A program made the position numbers and the translations under genes. This document shows positions 36,850 to 49,065 of a stretch of DNA of 64,000 nucleotides, piece by piece. Location: contig OZ316891.1 of NCBI GenBank assembly GCA_973895155.1, positions 4,012,018 through 4,076,017 of the forward strand, read 5' to 3'. The DNA is from Marsupella aquatica. Taxonomy: Eukaryota > Plantae > Marchantiophyta. The notes below the pieces were generated by a model. The model had not been told where the DNA came from and searched no databases. It saw only the letters and a program-made list of their open reading frames with translations. Position 1 is the first letter of the stretch, and every line of letters starts with the position of its first letter.

Positions 36850-37171
36850 CTATCTTACACAAATCTCTTCACCTTGCCTCCACAAAACTTCAGATCCTGA
36901 ATGACTTCCTCCACAATATTCTTTGCACAATCCAACTTCATGTTTTCCGCAATTGACCTCATTTTGACATCTTTTTCTCACCTGGGCATCATTCTTTCCT
37001 TGATATCTTCTCCCTGTTCTGCTCCTCAACTCAACATTTTTTCACTTCCACTTCTTTTTGCATTATTTCCTCACCTCTACATGTTTTCCTCTCTCCTTGG
37101 TATGGCTTCTTTCACCTCAATTTTTTTTCTCACCTGGGAGTCTTCTATGCAACACACATGCATTGGGCTAG
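36850..37171 (+). mobile_element. Older Helitron-like 3' end of the same family (5' boundary unknown)
   Basis: An ACATCTTT/CTCACCT-rich array ending TGCAACACACATGCATTGGGCTAG|T. Confidence 0.5.
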
Positions 37172-38610
37172 TACATCTTATGCCCTACATTCTTATGTTC
37201 ATATCCGGCCCAATTACAGCAATTAAAAGTTTTACGGAAGCACCACTACAACAGGCACATCGATCATCCAGACCTTAGAAATTGATTGCTTTATACGTAC
37301 TGCCTCATTGGGTTCTTATTCCAGGTTTCACCTGAGGACCCTCATGCTTGACCGTATTAGTGTAAGTTGGCTTCAAGACTAGTTCAGTTTGTTTCTTTTG
37401 TTCCAGAGATTGGAGTTTTGATTGGGTCGACCTGCCAAATGAAGCCGTTGTAATCACCACAAAAATATGACAGTGACATACAAACACTCCGTAATTCAAA
37501 GAGTTATGGTTGCTTGATGAGTGCCTAGATAGACTAGGTGAGAATGACATATTTCCAGGTAGCAACAGGTTCAAAGTGCTTAACTCGCTGGGCAAAACAT
37601 CTTCATCAAGAGGGCACAGGACGTTGACCGCCGGTGCATGCTCATTGTCTAGCTGCTCTTCATGGAGTCCATATTCCGAGATTCTGTGAAATTAACAAAC
37701 CATAGCTAACGAGCAATCACTGTCTACGAAGCCTCTGCTGTCTGTGATTCATTGAACAAATATGGGGTGGTCTCCTGGCCAGTATGTGATCATATCTACC
37801 TCCAATCTGTTCTTACAAAATGACTCCTCTATAAGTACACCACAGGACTTTCCAAGTGCAATCTTACACACTAAGACATTGATATGGTACATTCTAAACG
37901 CCCGCGCGACCCTAGCTAGCCTTGACAACAACAATAACCACCGCCTATATACTAGACAGGCTCTTTCAGATATCAAATAAGTGCTCAGGCCCAGGTCGCT
38001 GAGTAGAAGAAGAACAAGGTACCATCACGCGGTTTGGTTTCTCTTCCGCTTTGTCCTTGAATGCATGTATCAAACTTTGAAAATCCAAACTCCCTCAAAA
38101 CAACAAAAAATTGTACTGGAAGTTACCAATTGCAGCATGAGAAAGCTCATGATGAACTGGGACGAGAAATTAACGATTTTTCAGAGTTGATTCATGAGTC
38201 AATTGTCTCATCACGAACTACACAAAGCTCACTAGAGTAGTACACTGCCTACGAGCTTACTATAGTAGTGTACTGCTGATCGACGGTCCTGCAGTGTTGT
38301 AGCTCGGAGGGTGCTCTGGGAGAGTTCCGGATCGAGCCACTGTCTTCTAGCCGCTAACGCAATTGCTGTACAACTAGCAATCAGAACACCAGTTTCACAG
38401 CGTGGTTTTCCAGGCGAACCACGGACTTATTGATACACCAAAAGAGAAGAAAGGGAAAGAGGGCTGCTGAACAGCTTATGTGTGTAGATGATTCCGCGGG
38501 AGTTCCGACCTTCTCTGCGCTTCCTCATTATTAATAGTTGAACTACAACCGCCCCTTCTGTTCTGAACTTCATTGTCCAGACTGAAGTGACAGACTCATC
38601 GAGACATAAG

Positions 38611-39627
38611 TCAGACGGCGGTTGCGCCAACACGGACCAATGGTATGCCGAAGCCCAAAATCTCTTGTTTCCGAGCATCCCAACTTAGATTGAGTCTCCT
38701 TTCAAACTCTTCTACTTCGATGTCTAGCCTTCCTCTCAGCTCGGGATCCGAATTGTAGTGGTCGTCGTCCACATCTCCATCCGTGGCAACCTCAGATCGT
38801 CCAGAAATCTCACTTTGAGTTGAAGACAAATGCAGGATATGGTCCGTGGACTCCACACACTGAGTCGTGTTTTTGGGAAAGCAGGAGCTGTTCGCCTTCC
38901 TACCCTTTTTCTTCTTAGAATTTTTTTTAATGCCAGTGGTCACCTTCCCATGGTCGCCACAATCGTTGGATTGCTTCTTCCCAGTCGTCGCCTGCTCATG
39001 TTCCCCACAACCGTCAATAAAAGATAGAAGACTTTCTACGGAGCGGTGGTCTTTGTTCTGGTCATTAGCTGATGTGTCTTGGACGAGTACCCGTACCGGA
39101 TCATCTAGCTCGACAATGAAATAGGTCTTTTTCTGCAGCAATCCTTTCTTATGCTTGAACTCCTCTACCGCAAGCTTTCTACTTTTGGTACTCTTCACGT
39201 TACGATATACAATCTCCTGCCCACGTAGTAGGGCTACCAATGGAATGATCCTAAAAAAGCATGCACATTGCAAGAGCCCGCTCATACCACCCTGGTGAAG
39301 CTTGATAAAGTTTTGATCAAACTTTTTGCGTCCTCCACCCTCGATTTCTGCGTTGATTCCAGCGGGACCTAGATGGAAGGAGCAATACTGAGCAGTTGAG
39401 TGAAGACTCCTGCAGTCAACTTCACGAGGTAGATCGATGGCTGAGTCCTTCGAGAGCCCCATGCTGCTCTCCGTAAATAAGTAGCCCAACAATGGAGATA
39501 GAATAACGATCGCCACGTCGAGCTCGTGAACTACCCCATCGGCCGTCTGCAGCCAAACTGAAGCAAGCTTGAGCGGCACCGATATCGTCGTCGGCGCCGA
39601 AACCCAGGCTGTGTCAAAGTGCTCCAT
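38611..39627 (-). CDS. Intronless, divergent SKP1-like protein (ASK20/21, type II)
   Basis: VWLQTADG, MGLSKDSAIDLP, YCSFH, RKKFDQNFI, RSVESLLSFIDG and DPELRGRLDIEVEEFERRLN..W..RKQEIL correspond to ASK21-type blocks. First ATG at 39627. Confidence 0.85.
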   Translation of the reverse strand: MEHFDTAWVSAPTTISVPLKLASVWLQTADGVVHELDVAIVILSPLLGYLFTESSMGLSKDSAIDLPREVDCRSLHSTAQYCSFHLGPAGINAEIEGGGRKKFDQNFIKLHQGGMSGLLQCACFFRIIPLVALLRGQEIVYRNVKSTKSRKLAVEEFKHKKGLLQKKTYFIVELDDPVRVLVQDTSANDQNKDHRSVESLLSFIDGCGEHEQATTGKKQSNDCGDHGKVTTGIKKNSKKKKGRKANSSCFPKNTTQCVESTDHILHLSSTQSEISGRSEVATDGDVDDDHYNSDPELRGRLDIEVEEFERRLNLSWDARKQEILGFGIPLVRVGATAV

Positions 39628-40655
39628 GTTTCGAAGTAATTGTTCCGTCACCCTAGATATTCTAAACCCAACGGCTGTCCCACAATGATCAATACACTAA
39701 TTTGTCAAGCATCCACCATAGCTCAAAGCCACCCAAATGAATGCTACATATGAAGTTAAGTTGAGAACGAACAAGTGACTACGGATCCAAACAGAAGATC
39801 AGATTATATAGGTACGTCAACCTATATGCTAAAACGATGAAAGAAAATGCGGCACACCAGAAATCTCAATTGTCAATCCCCTGGAATGCGAATCACCTCC
39901 TGAACGAGAACGAACACCGCTTCACAGATATGTTGCGATGATGAATGAGCCCCAAGTATCACTCGCAGTGTCCAATACGGCGAGCCGTCAAAGTACTCGC
40001 TGGACCAACTTCCCGAAGCAAATCACAAATGCGATGCGACAGAAAAGGATTCGGTTGGAGACTTATCTGTCCATACGCGGATGGATGAGCTGGGAGTCAT
40101 GGAAATGAAGTTGGTGCTGAGGCAGCAAGTACTTAATTCTTGTGGTTAGTCAATCAGCTATTCCACGTCAGATGGCTGAATTTGTTCGGTGTTTCCTTTG
40201 CTCCTCGTTGCAAGTTCCGTAGATATGGAAGGAGCATGATTTGCGGCGGAGAGAGAGGAGAGGCAATTTATTGCGTTGATGGCAAAGGCCGGGGGAGCTA
40301 GACTTAGAGCGATATCATCAATAGGGTGGTGTGCTGGCAACCCAACCAGCAATGAAGCCTTCTTCGCATTCCACACCAAGAAATCCTATTTAATTTTGTT
40401 CCGCAATTTCAACAATTCCAATTCCCTTTTCAGGGGAAAATCAGCAATTCAAACGAGGTAAGTAAATAGTCCTGCTGGTGCTAAACGGCCAAGTATTGGA
40501 GTTCCCCTTGCACAGGCAGAAATCGTATTCATTTGACGGCAAACTACCAACAATTGAGTTCCCCTTTCCCAGGACGAAAACCAATTTATTGGTGCCAGAA
40601 TCTCAACCAGCTCCCAGCCCAGGTCCCAACTTCACTTCTAAGGTTTTTACTTTTG

Positions 40656-41229
40656 TCCAGAGCCTAGGTGTGAGACCTTGTTTGAAATTTTTGAATGCAC
40701 ATTATAGATTTTGTCTTATTCAGATTTTTGTGTCATGTATTTTCATTTCAATCTGCCTTATCAAGCGACAGCCTTTGTATTCTATACATTTTTAATTAAT
40801 TTTTAGACCCCTTTAGTTTTAGGTATTCTAGAGTGTTTTGAACTTATTTTGGCAGCCCCCCTTTCACAATATGTGTTTCTTAGAGATTAAACCAAAGGCT
40901 CCACCAACACTAGTGAGAGAAATGATGTTGAAGAACATGAATGCATAGTCTCTTAAGTTCTCCTCATGTTTTTCTTTCCTAGGTTTATGGTTTTTATTGA
41001 AATGAGTGTCATTCATAAGGCACCCTGAGTTAAGTGCACACATCGTAGCATCGTTTGACTGTACCTTTTCTTGGTCACTGTACTTTCCTTGGCAGACACT
41101 TTACTTATATAACAGCACTTCTATGCTCTCATATTTTATTTACTTTCACATCACTACAAGACAAAAAATAAAGCATGTTCCAGGATGAGTATGCTATATC
41201 CAGAGCCTAGGTGGGAGACCTTGTTTGAA
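40656..41229. repeat. 31-bp direct repeat pair (40656-40686, 41199-41229)
   Basis: TCCAGAGCCTAGGTG(T/G)GAGACCTTGTTTGAA, 1 mismatch. Confidence 0.85.
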
Positions 41230-42894
41230 GTAGAGGACCATAGTAGCATTCCTTATCTAATCTTACTAAGTAAACTAATTTCCTAGACTCATTTCTGACC
41301 ATCAGATCTGGCTAGAGTTAAGGACCCAAGTAGTTTTTGGCTACTGGGCCTGTGGCTAGAGGAGAGGAGTGGAGAGGACAGCTAAATGGAGAGTGGAAGC
41401 GCAAAGAAAATTGCAAAGGAGCTGGGGAGGAAACAGGGGGGTAGAGCAGCCTGCCTTGATAGAGTAAGAGTGACTTAATTATCTTTAAGACACTATGTTG
41501 CAACCTCTAGGTCAGCACATTGCATACAGTCCTAAGTATCCAACGCCATCATACTTCCTTGACGGAAATGTTGGATTACTTTTCTTGCAGGGAATGGGCT
41601 TACTCTCCGGGTATAATCCCTCGCAGGGAGAGGCCTAACCCTAGGATGGGCTTAACCATCAAGAGAGATCAGGTCTTGCTAGGGGTCTGGTTAATTAGGG
41701 TTTGGCTATCATCAAAGATGGCGGTCAAATTGTGAACATTGACTTTGATCACTTTAGACTGATAGAGTAAAAACAACAATATGTCTTGGGAGTTGCTTGA
41801 TGGTATTTAATAGAAAAATTCAAAACTTATAATGAATTAACGGGGGTTAGGAACCTTTGTCTTTGATCTCATAAAGTTGTGAAGGAGTGGAGACCCCTGG
41901 GCCCTAGGCAACCTCACTCCAAGTAAAAAAGTTCAATTCCCTTGGGATAGTGAACCCTTCCCTCTTACCCTTCTAATTTCCTTTTCAGTATAGAAAAGTT
42001 CCCTTGATATGGGTAATCATTATATTAAGAATTAGTTCAAATGAAAAAATCCTAGCCTTTCAGGTAATCATTATTATAAGAATTAGTTTAAATGAATAAA
42101 TCCTAGCCTTTCGGATCAAGTTGGCACATCTTACTCATACTGATTTAGGAGTGGGGCCAGGGTAGAGACAATGGTCTTCAAATAAGTTTAAAGTTTTTTG
42201 AATCACAAGGGACAATTTTATTGGGCAAAACAACAAGGGGGGGTGGACAAAGAGGAAAATCCTTCACGAATGGATATAAATGTATACACCTAAGTGAGGG
42301 CCTACTGCAGTGCAAAAGTAGGTACATATATATAAATCTTGTGAATCTGAAAGTCCTTTTGGCAAAATTGAGGTGCAGATGGACCACCATGTAAAACATT
42401 CACTTTCATAGAAGTGTACTCCTCTAGCACATCGTCAAAAATAAATAAATATATATTGGAATTTGGTCCATGGGGGTTTCAAAGACCAACATTGTGGTCA
42501 TGGAAGTTTCACTGTCCCTTTTGGCATATATTCAAGGGCTATCTAAGCATAATGTTTATGGAGAGGGGAGGGGATCGAGGGGAGTGGAGAAGTCAGTTTG
42601 GAAGATGGTTCAGTAGCCAGTTCCATGGTGTAGGAGCAGATGTAAGAGAGTGTCTAATAACTCATATGAAATTGCAAATAAAACTTAAGACATAATTATA
42701 TAGGTTTTGAATCCCAAAAGGTAGCCAGGGCCTGCCTGGAGTAAAAGTTACAACCTTTGCTATAATTCATTGGTGACAACTTGCCTGGTTCGTATGTTTG
42801 TAGACTTGTGCGCTATCTAGGTATCTTTGTCAATCCATAACTTTTGACCAGGATGTCCATAAACTAGGAGCCTATTATACTATTATGAGTTGTA

Positions 42895-44050
42895 TTAGCT
42901 CAATACACGTGCGTTGCACAAAAGATGTTGTGAAGAAAAAAGATGTTGTGTCACACAAGATGTTGTTAAGAAAAACGATGTTGTGTCTCCCGAGATGCCA
43001 TTAAGAAAAAGAATGTCATGTCGCCCAAGGTGTCATTAACCAAATAGATTGTGTCACCCAAGATGTTGTTAAGAAAAAATAAATTGCGGCAACCAAGTTG
43101 TCCTTAAGAAAAGAGATCATGTCATATCACCCAAAATGTCATTAAGTAAAGAGATGTTGTGAAAAAAAAGATGTCTTGTAATTAAAAAAATAGTTATCGT
43201 GTCAGCCAAGATATTGTTAAGAAAAAAGATGTTGTGGTACCCAATCTGTCCTTAAGAAAAGAGACTTGATGTTGCCCAAGATGTTGTTAAGTTAAAAAGA
43301 CTTTGAGCTCGGGGGTCTCACTATATGGGGACCTCCCCATCACCTGCGACGTTTTTAGTCCTCGGACCCCCTAAAATGTAAGAATTTTTTTAATTTTTTA
43401 ACCCCTATAAAGTTGGAATATTCTTGGAATACTCCAAAAATTATATTAGAAAGACCCTAATGTTCTTATAAGTCTCAAAATTGAATTTAAAAAACCCTAT
43501 TGTTCTTCTACAAAAATTCTTAAGTCTTCCCTTAGAACCAATAAAATGACCCTATCCTTCGTCGCACGTGATATGCCATTTTTATGGAAGTGAAACCCCC
43601 GAGACTTTGAGGATGAGAAAAGATATTGTGGTGAGATAAAAAATGTGGAGGTGAGAAAAAGGTCAGATGTCGAGGTGAAAAAGAAAAAAGAGATATTAAG
43701 GGGAGGAAAAGAAGTCAAGATGAAAAAAAATGTCAAAGAGAGAAAGGCATGGCAAGTGAGGAAAACATATAAAGATGAGGAAAAGATGTTGATGAGAGAA
43801 AAGATTTTGAGGGTGAAGGAAAGATGTTGTGGTGAGACAAAGATAAGATGTGGAGGTGAGAAAACATGTGGAGGTGAGTAAAAGATGTCAAGTAACTAAG
43901 TTGAGAAAAGATGTAGGGAAGAGAAACAAATATCAAGTATATAAAAGATGTCAAGTAAGAAAAATGGTTGTGGTGAGGTAAAGATGTCAATGTGAGGAAA
44001 AATGATGAGATGAGAAAAATATGTCAATGCAAGGTAAAGTTGTTGTGGTG
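42895..44050 (-). mobile_element. Non-autonomous Helitron-like 3' region with an AAAGATGT array (5' boundary unknown)
   Basis: Minus strand ends GTGCAACGCACGTGTATTGAGCTAA|T (hairpin plus CTRR); homologous to about 3497-3531. Confidence 0.7.
43308..43603 (-). mobile_element. MITE nested in the Helitron-like element
   Basis: TIRs CTCGGGGGTCTCACT...AGTGAAACCCCCGAG; perfect TSD ACTTTGAG. Confidence 0.95.
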
Positions 44051-44253
44051 GTGTTCAAGAACCCATGTATTTCACATAGAAATTGGAGATGCAAGATAAC
44101 TATCACCAGTCCAAGCACAACGGAATGATAGAAAACAATATGTTTTTTGATTTTAAGAAATTAATTTTTTAATATATTTTATTTATAATCAAGGTTTTTT
44201 TAAAATATAGCGCTAATATCCAATTATTTAAATCTAAAATTAAATGAACACAT

Positions 44254-44410
44254 TTTTAATGAAGGGCTAGGATTGGTTCTCATTTTTTCTTGAGTTTGTA
44301 AATGTAAGCTTTTTAGAGGATATGATATTTGAAAAACAATTTTTTTAATGAAGGGCTAGGATTGGTTCTCATTTTTCTTGAGTTTGTAAATGTAAGATTT
44401 CTAGAGGATA
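44254..44410. repeat. Tandem duplication, unit about 88 bp
   Basis: TTTTAATGAAGGGCTAGGATTGGTTCTCATTTT...GAGGATAT occurs twice. Confidence 0.85.
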
Positions 44411-47331
44411 TAAGATTATAGTGACTTCTGCCTTCCTTGTACCAAATAAAGTATTGTGTTTGATTTCATTCAATTAATTGTTTCACATGATTACACTATG
44501 CATTCAATATTGTTTTCTTATGCATTCATGATGATAAATTGAGAACCTCTTGGATATAGTACATGCAAGACTATGAGTTTCATTTTTTGTCTTTTGTCCC
44601 TACCATTTGATTTGTTTTTGTGCAAAAAAGGTTTCCAGTCCTTTAGGTCCACACTATATTTAATTCATTTTTGGTGTTATGTCCTCTATTTATTGATTAC
44701 TTTTTTTGGCACTCCAATTTTTGAATGACGACCAGGTTATAAAAAAATGCAACCTTGTACTATAGTTTTTAATGAGGAGTCAGAGCTGGTTAAGGCTACT
44801 ATGAGGTTTATGATTTTACATACTTGAATTTTGGACCAAGTTGTGTGCAGGGTGACTGGCCTCTAATTGAACAAACACCCCGCCATATATCTCCAAGCCA
44901 TTATTATTTGAAAAATTGGTCAAAAAGTCTAAGCCCAGACAACAGCCTACATGGAGCTTCCCCGGGCTTGTCCCTGAATCATACAATTTTTATGGAATTC
45001 TCTCAGTGACTTTATAGTCAAGGACAAAGACAAAATAAAATAAAATAGTCAGACTGGTTGTGTAACTAATCTTGCCCGGCCCCTGGATTAGTGTCTCAGC
45101 AAGTATCTCAGTAATGTCATGTGATGACACTTACTAGTTTCAAAATGAATATTCTACTAACTAAGAAAGTGTTAAACTTACAAAGGCAAATCTAAGTGTC
45201 ATCACAAGTCACTGATTTGTTTAGTGAGTTACTACCACAGAAGTTGTAGACGCCTGCAAGTGGAATTATGTCTAGTACAAAAAAATCACCCATGAGTCTG
45301 AATTGGAGCAGTTCCCATGGAAGTCAAAAGCAAACTCAATCACACTAAGCCAATTCAAACCTCATTGGAGCACTAGGAGCAGCACCTGAATGGTCTGCAA
45401 TGGAGCAACTCAGCCCCTTCTGGAGAGCATAGGAGTGCCTTGCAAGGCAAAATAGAAAGGCAGGGTCAGGAGTCTCAGTTACCAATAGAGAAGGCTGGTG
45501 GAGCAACATTTTTGGCTCCAATCCACCAAAGGGCGCCAGGAGACCTAGTTACCAATAGAGAAAGCTAAGCTGGTGGGGCAACATTTTTTGGCTCCAAACC
45601 ACTAATGGGCTTTCCAGTCTCAGGCAGGTGTGTCTGTACCAGTGGGAGTCCTCTTACTTCTGCAGTCAATGAGGGTCAGGTTCCCTTCCTACCCCTCCCT
45701 CATCCCTTTTCCTCCCGTCCCTCGTCCCTTTTCCTCCCCTTCCTATCTCTCCCATGCCTCCCCCGGGGCCTCCCCTTACACACACGAGCGGGGCCATAAT
45801 TCTGTCCCAAATATAGATTACCCGTGTGTAATCATGTCCAGAGGTACTTGCTATTCCCATGTGATAAATCTCTTCACAGGAACTCATTATTAGTAAGGTT
45901 TTCCTTGACATGAAATAGATAGTACTGTAAAGGAGATGTGAACATTCAGGGTTCTAGGCCATCAACTTTTACTCACTTTTTGGTCACATGAGTTAGGTTA
46001 GAGGCTAGTAACCACAGTCGAGACTCCGGCCAAGACAGCCATCTTAGTTACTCTAAAGCGGGACGCACAGCTATTTTCCAGGGCTATTTTCCAGGAAGCC
46101 TCTAGACAGCAAGTCTCAATAATTACAAAATTGAAAGTGAGGGTGAACATAAAAGAGCGAGGGGGCAAATGATTAACTGAAATAGCATAGAATTTAATTT
46201 CATTTAATTTTTTATTTTTCCTCCCCATCTCTATTTACGTTCATGGAACCGGGAATCATGCTACTCACTGTAAAGGTGTGAGGGTGGAAAAAGGCTGCTT
46301 ACATAGGTACACCCCTCCCTCCTTCTCCAAAACTTCTGCTACAGGCGGCATTCACAAAGGATGGCGCATTTGCTGTGACCGGATCGAGTCTATGTTCTGA
46401 TCGAGTTTGGGCTTCTGATCGAGTCTCTGTTCTACTCATGGAGCCTTCCCCGCTGGCTGTATTGCTTTCCTGCTTGGCGGAATTCCCCTTCGAACAGTTG
46501 GATTGGTGAAATGATGACGTTTAGGTAACGGGCGAAAGATCGGTATCGATAGGTTCAAGTTGCTGCAAAGATTTCATATTCCTTGCCATTTTCCACATAA
46601 CCGGTGTGCAATGCCCCGCGCGTAGCCCGTTAACTAGCACAGCGCTCTCGCAAACCAAACCGAGACAAGTGTTGAAATGCTTGAATATATGGTAAATCCC
46701 GTTTGGGAACAAGAGTAGAGAAATTAAGTCGTTAGGAAGGTTGCCGGTCCTTCAAACTGTTCCGTTTACAAACGGGAAAGGAAACTTGCACAAAAAGTGG
46801 AATTTGTTGCTCAGATGCCGCTTGTTCCAACGATTTCCATTTCGTTTCGCTCCATAGCCCTCACACTAACGGCCATCTCCCTGATCGCGCTGAGGAAATT
46901 TTATAGACCTGGAAAGTCGTTGAGGACTTCAGCTAAGATGTTTTTCCCAACCCTCAACGTACGCACCGTTTTGTCATGGCGATTTTCTATTAGAAAGATG
47001 CAACGTATTATTCTCCAGCACTGCAAGATCGACACTCAAACTTAATTCGAATGGTAGCCTGGGGATCGAGTCTAATGTCTACGAGATGTGCGTTCAATGA
47101 GTGTGATCGACCTCTGAATACATAAATCTAGAGTTCAATTTAGACTCACTTCTAGGACGGGAAGACCAAACTCTTTGCAGCCAGTACGTGCTTGACGTGC
47201 GTACCGGGCCAGAGAGGGAAGAGCCGCTGCCATTTTCGATCCCGGATATCGTCTCTCGTAGAGCTGGGCAGAAATCACTTCTCTGAGTGAGTCGAACTAG
47301 AGCACATGCTTTGACTGTGTAGAGAGTCGCG

Positions 47332-49065
47332 ATGGCCGATCCTCTGGGTGATTCGAAAGGGAAGGGGAAAGTGGAAGATAAAGGAAAGGGGAAGATCATT
47401 GACCAGATCTCCGATGATTGGTTCAAATATGCCGCACTAGAGGAAACGAACATCATGCAAACACTTGATCTACCGGAGGAAGCAATGCATCCAGCGGGGG
47501 AATGCTCTATGAGCAGAGCCGAGACTCAATCTGAAGCAGAAGCACAAACATGCGGGGGAAGTTGTTCATCAGCTGCAGGTTTTAGGTTCACGGATCTTGC
47601 TGATTTGTCACCCGAGGATGAAAGATTTCCACACATGACAGTCTCCCCAATTATTGACGATGAAATGATCTTTTCGTCCACAACAACCAAGTCTACAGGG
47701 ACGATGACTGCGTGGCGAACTGTAATATCTCGGTCCAGTGAAGGTCTGCACGGAGCACATGAGAAGATGCAATTCCCGATGACTGCGTGGCGAACTGCAT
47801 TGACTGGGTCAAATGAAGGCCCGAATGCCCGTCTGCAGACAGTACTACTACTAGACGAGCACGTGGTATTCCCCAATATGTTTTTGCCCATCGAAGACCT
47901 GCACAGGAGACGGCAAACGATGGTGCCCACCCGGGTGCCCACAGTTGAAGAGGCGGCAAGTATAGAAGTCGCAATGCCTCCACAGAAAGAGAAGCTGCCT
48001 GCTGCAGAGGAGAACGTGCCTCGTCAACCAGCATACACATATAGGAGCCAAACCAGGTCGTCGGATTTTCCAGTAGAAAGAGAGATGGCCAATATGTCTG
48101 AGGATGGAAGCGAAGCTGCAGGTCTGGGAATCAACAAGATGATGGGTTTGCCAGAAGAAGACCTGTACAGAGTAGAACCGATGCCCACAGTTGAGGAGCT
48201 TGCAAGTAAGGTCTCGACGCCTCGGCAGAAAGGGACGGTGCCTGCTGTAAAAGAGAACGTTCCACGCCGATCAGCATACATATATGGGAGCCAGAAGCAG
48301 TCGTCGGATACTTCAGAAGAAGAATTTAAACGGTTCCCAGAACGAGAGATGGCCAAAATCATGAAAACTGCGATCATCGATTCCACGAGAGCCAGGGAGG
48401 AAGCAACGCTGGCCGGACAGCTGCCACGTCCGGCACGATTCAGTAGCGCGGGGAAAGAGGTCCTTCAGGAAAGAGTGAACGAGATTGAGAAGAGTCTGGG
48501 TTTCATTGCGCCATACACGGATGACCAAGCCAACGAGATGAGAACCCGGAAGAGATTAAAAAGCTTTGACGTTCTGGCTCCGGCAAGAGTATTGGGGACT
48601 GCAGCGAATGCACCTACATCGTTAGACTCCAATGTCAAGACCGGCCCTTCACAAAGCACGCGCGGCGATGGAAGCATCCGTCAGATGGAGCCGGACGAGC
48701 GTGTCCAAACTGGAGAACCTCCTTCCAAGAGCAGGGAATCCGACGATGTGAACACAAGCAGTCCAGGCGGACTTGCAAATGCCACTCATTTGGAGCTTGT
48801 TCGGAACGTAGCCCAAGGGCTGGGGTCTGTGCAAATGGCCGCCGACGCGCGAAGTGCACCCCTCACCGGCGACGGATTGCAGCGCGAAGCAGCTAACGCC
48901 ACGACTAATACGCATAGCGCGCTTAACGCAGGAGATGGGGTTCAGCAGCGTCCAGCTTATGAGCAATCAACCGAAAGGTCAGCCCTCTCTCTCTCTCACG
49001 TCCGCTTCCCTTATCTTGCTGATTTGGCCGATTTCATCAGTGCGGCGACCGGTCACGAGGATTAA
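47332..49065 (+). CDS. Orphan 577-aa intronless ORF, probably disordered, with internal duplications
   Basis: Long ATG-initiated ORF in good context (GCGATGG). Repeats MTAWRT twice and PTVEE.AS...P.QK...PA..ENVPR..AY.Y.SQ..SSD...FP.EREMA twice. No domain recognised. Confidence 0.65.
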   Translation: MADPLGDSKGKGKVEDKGKGKIIDQISDDWFKYAALEETNIMQTLDLPEEAMHPAGECSMSRAETQSEAEAQTCGGSCSSAAGFRFTDLADLSPEDERFPHMTVSPIIDDEMIFSSTTTKSTGTMTAWRTVISRSSEGLHGAHEKMQFPMTAWRTALTGSNEGPNARLQTVLLLDEHVVFPNMFLPIEDLHRRRQTMVPTRVPTVEEAASIEVAMPPQKEKLPAAEENVPRQPAYTYRSQTRSSDFPVEREMANMSEDGSEAAGLGINKMMGLPEEDLYRVEPMPTVEELASKVSTPRQKGTVPAVKENVPRRSAYIYGSQKQSSDTSEEEFKRFPEREMAKIMKTAIIDSTRAREEATLAGQLPRPARFSSAGKEVLQERVNEIEKSLGFIAPYTDDQANEMRTRKRLKSFDVLAPARVLGTAANAPTSLDSNVKTGPSQSTRGDGSIRQMEPDERVQTGEPPSKSRESDDVNTSSPGGLANATHLELVRNVAQGLGSVQMAADARSAPLTGDGLQREAANATTNTHSALNAGDGVQQRPAYEQSTERSALSLSHVRFPYLADLADFISAATGHED

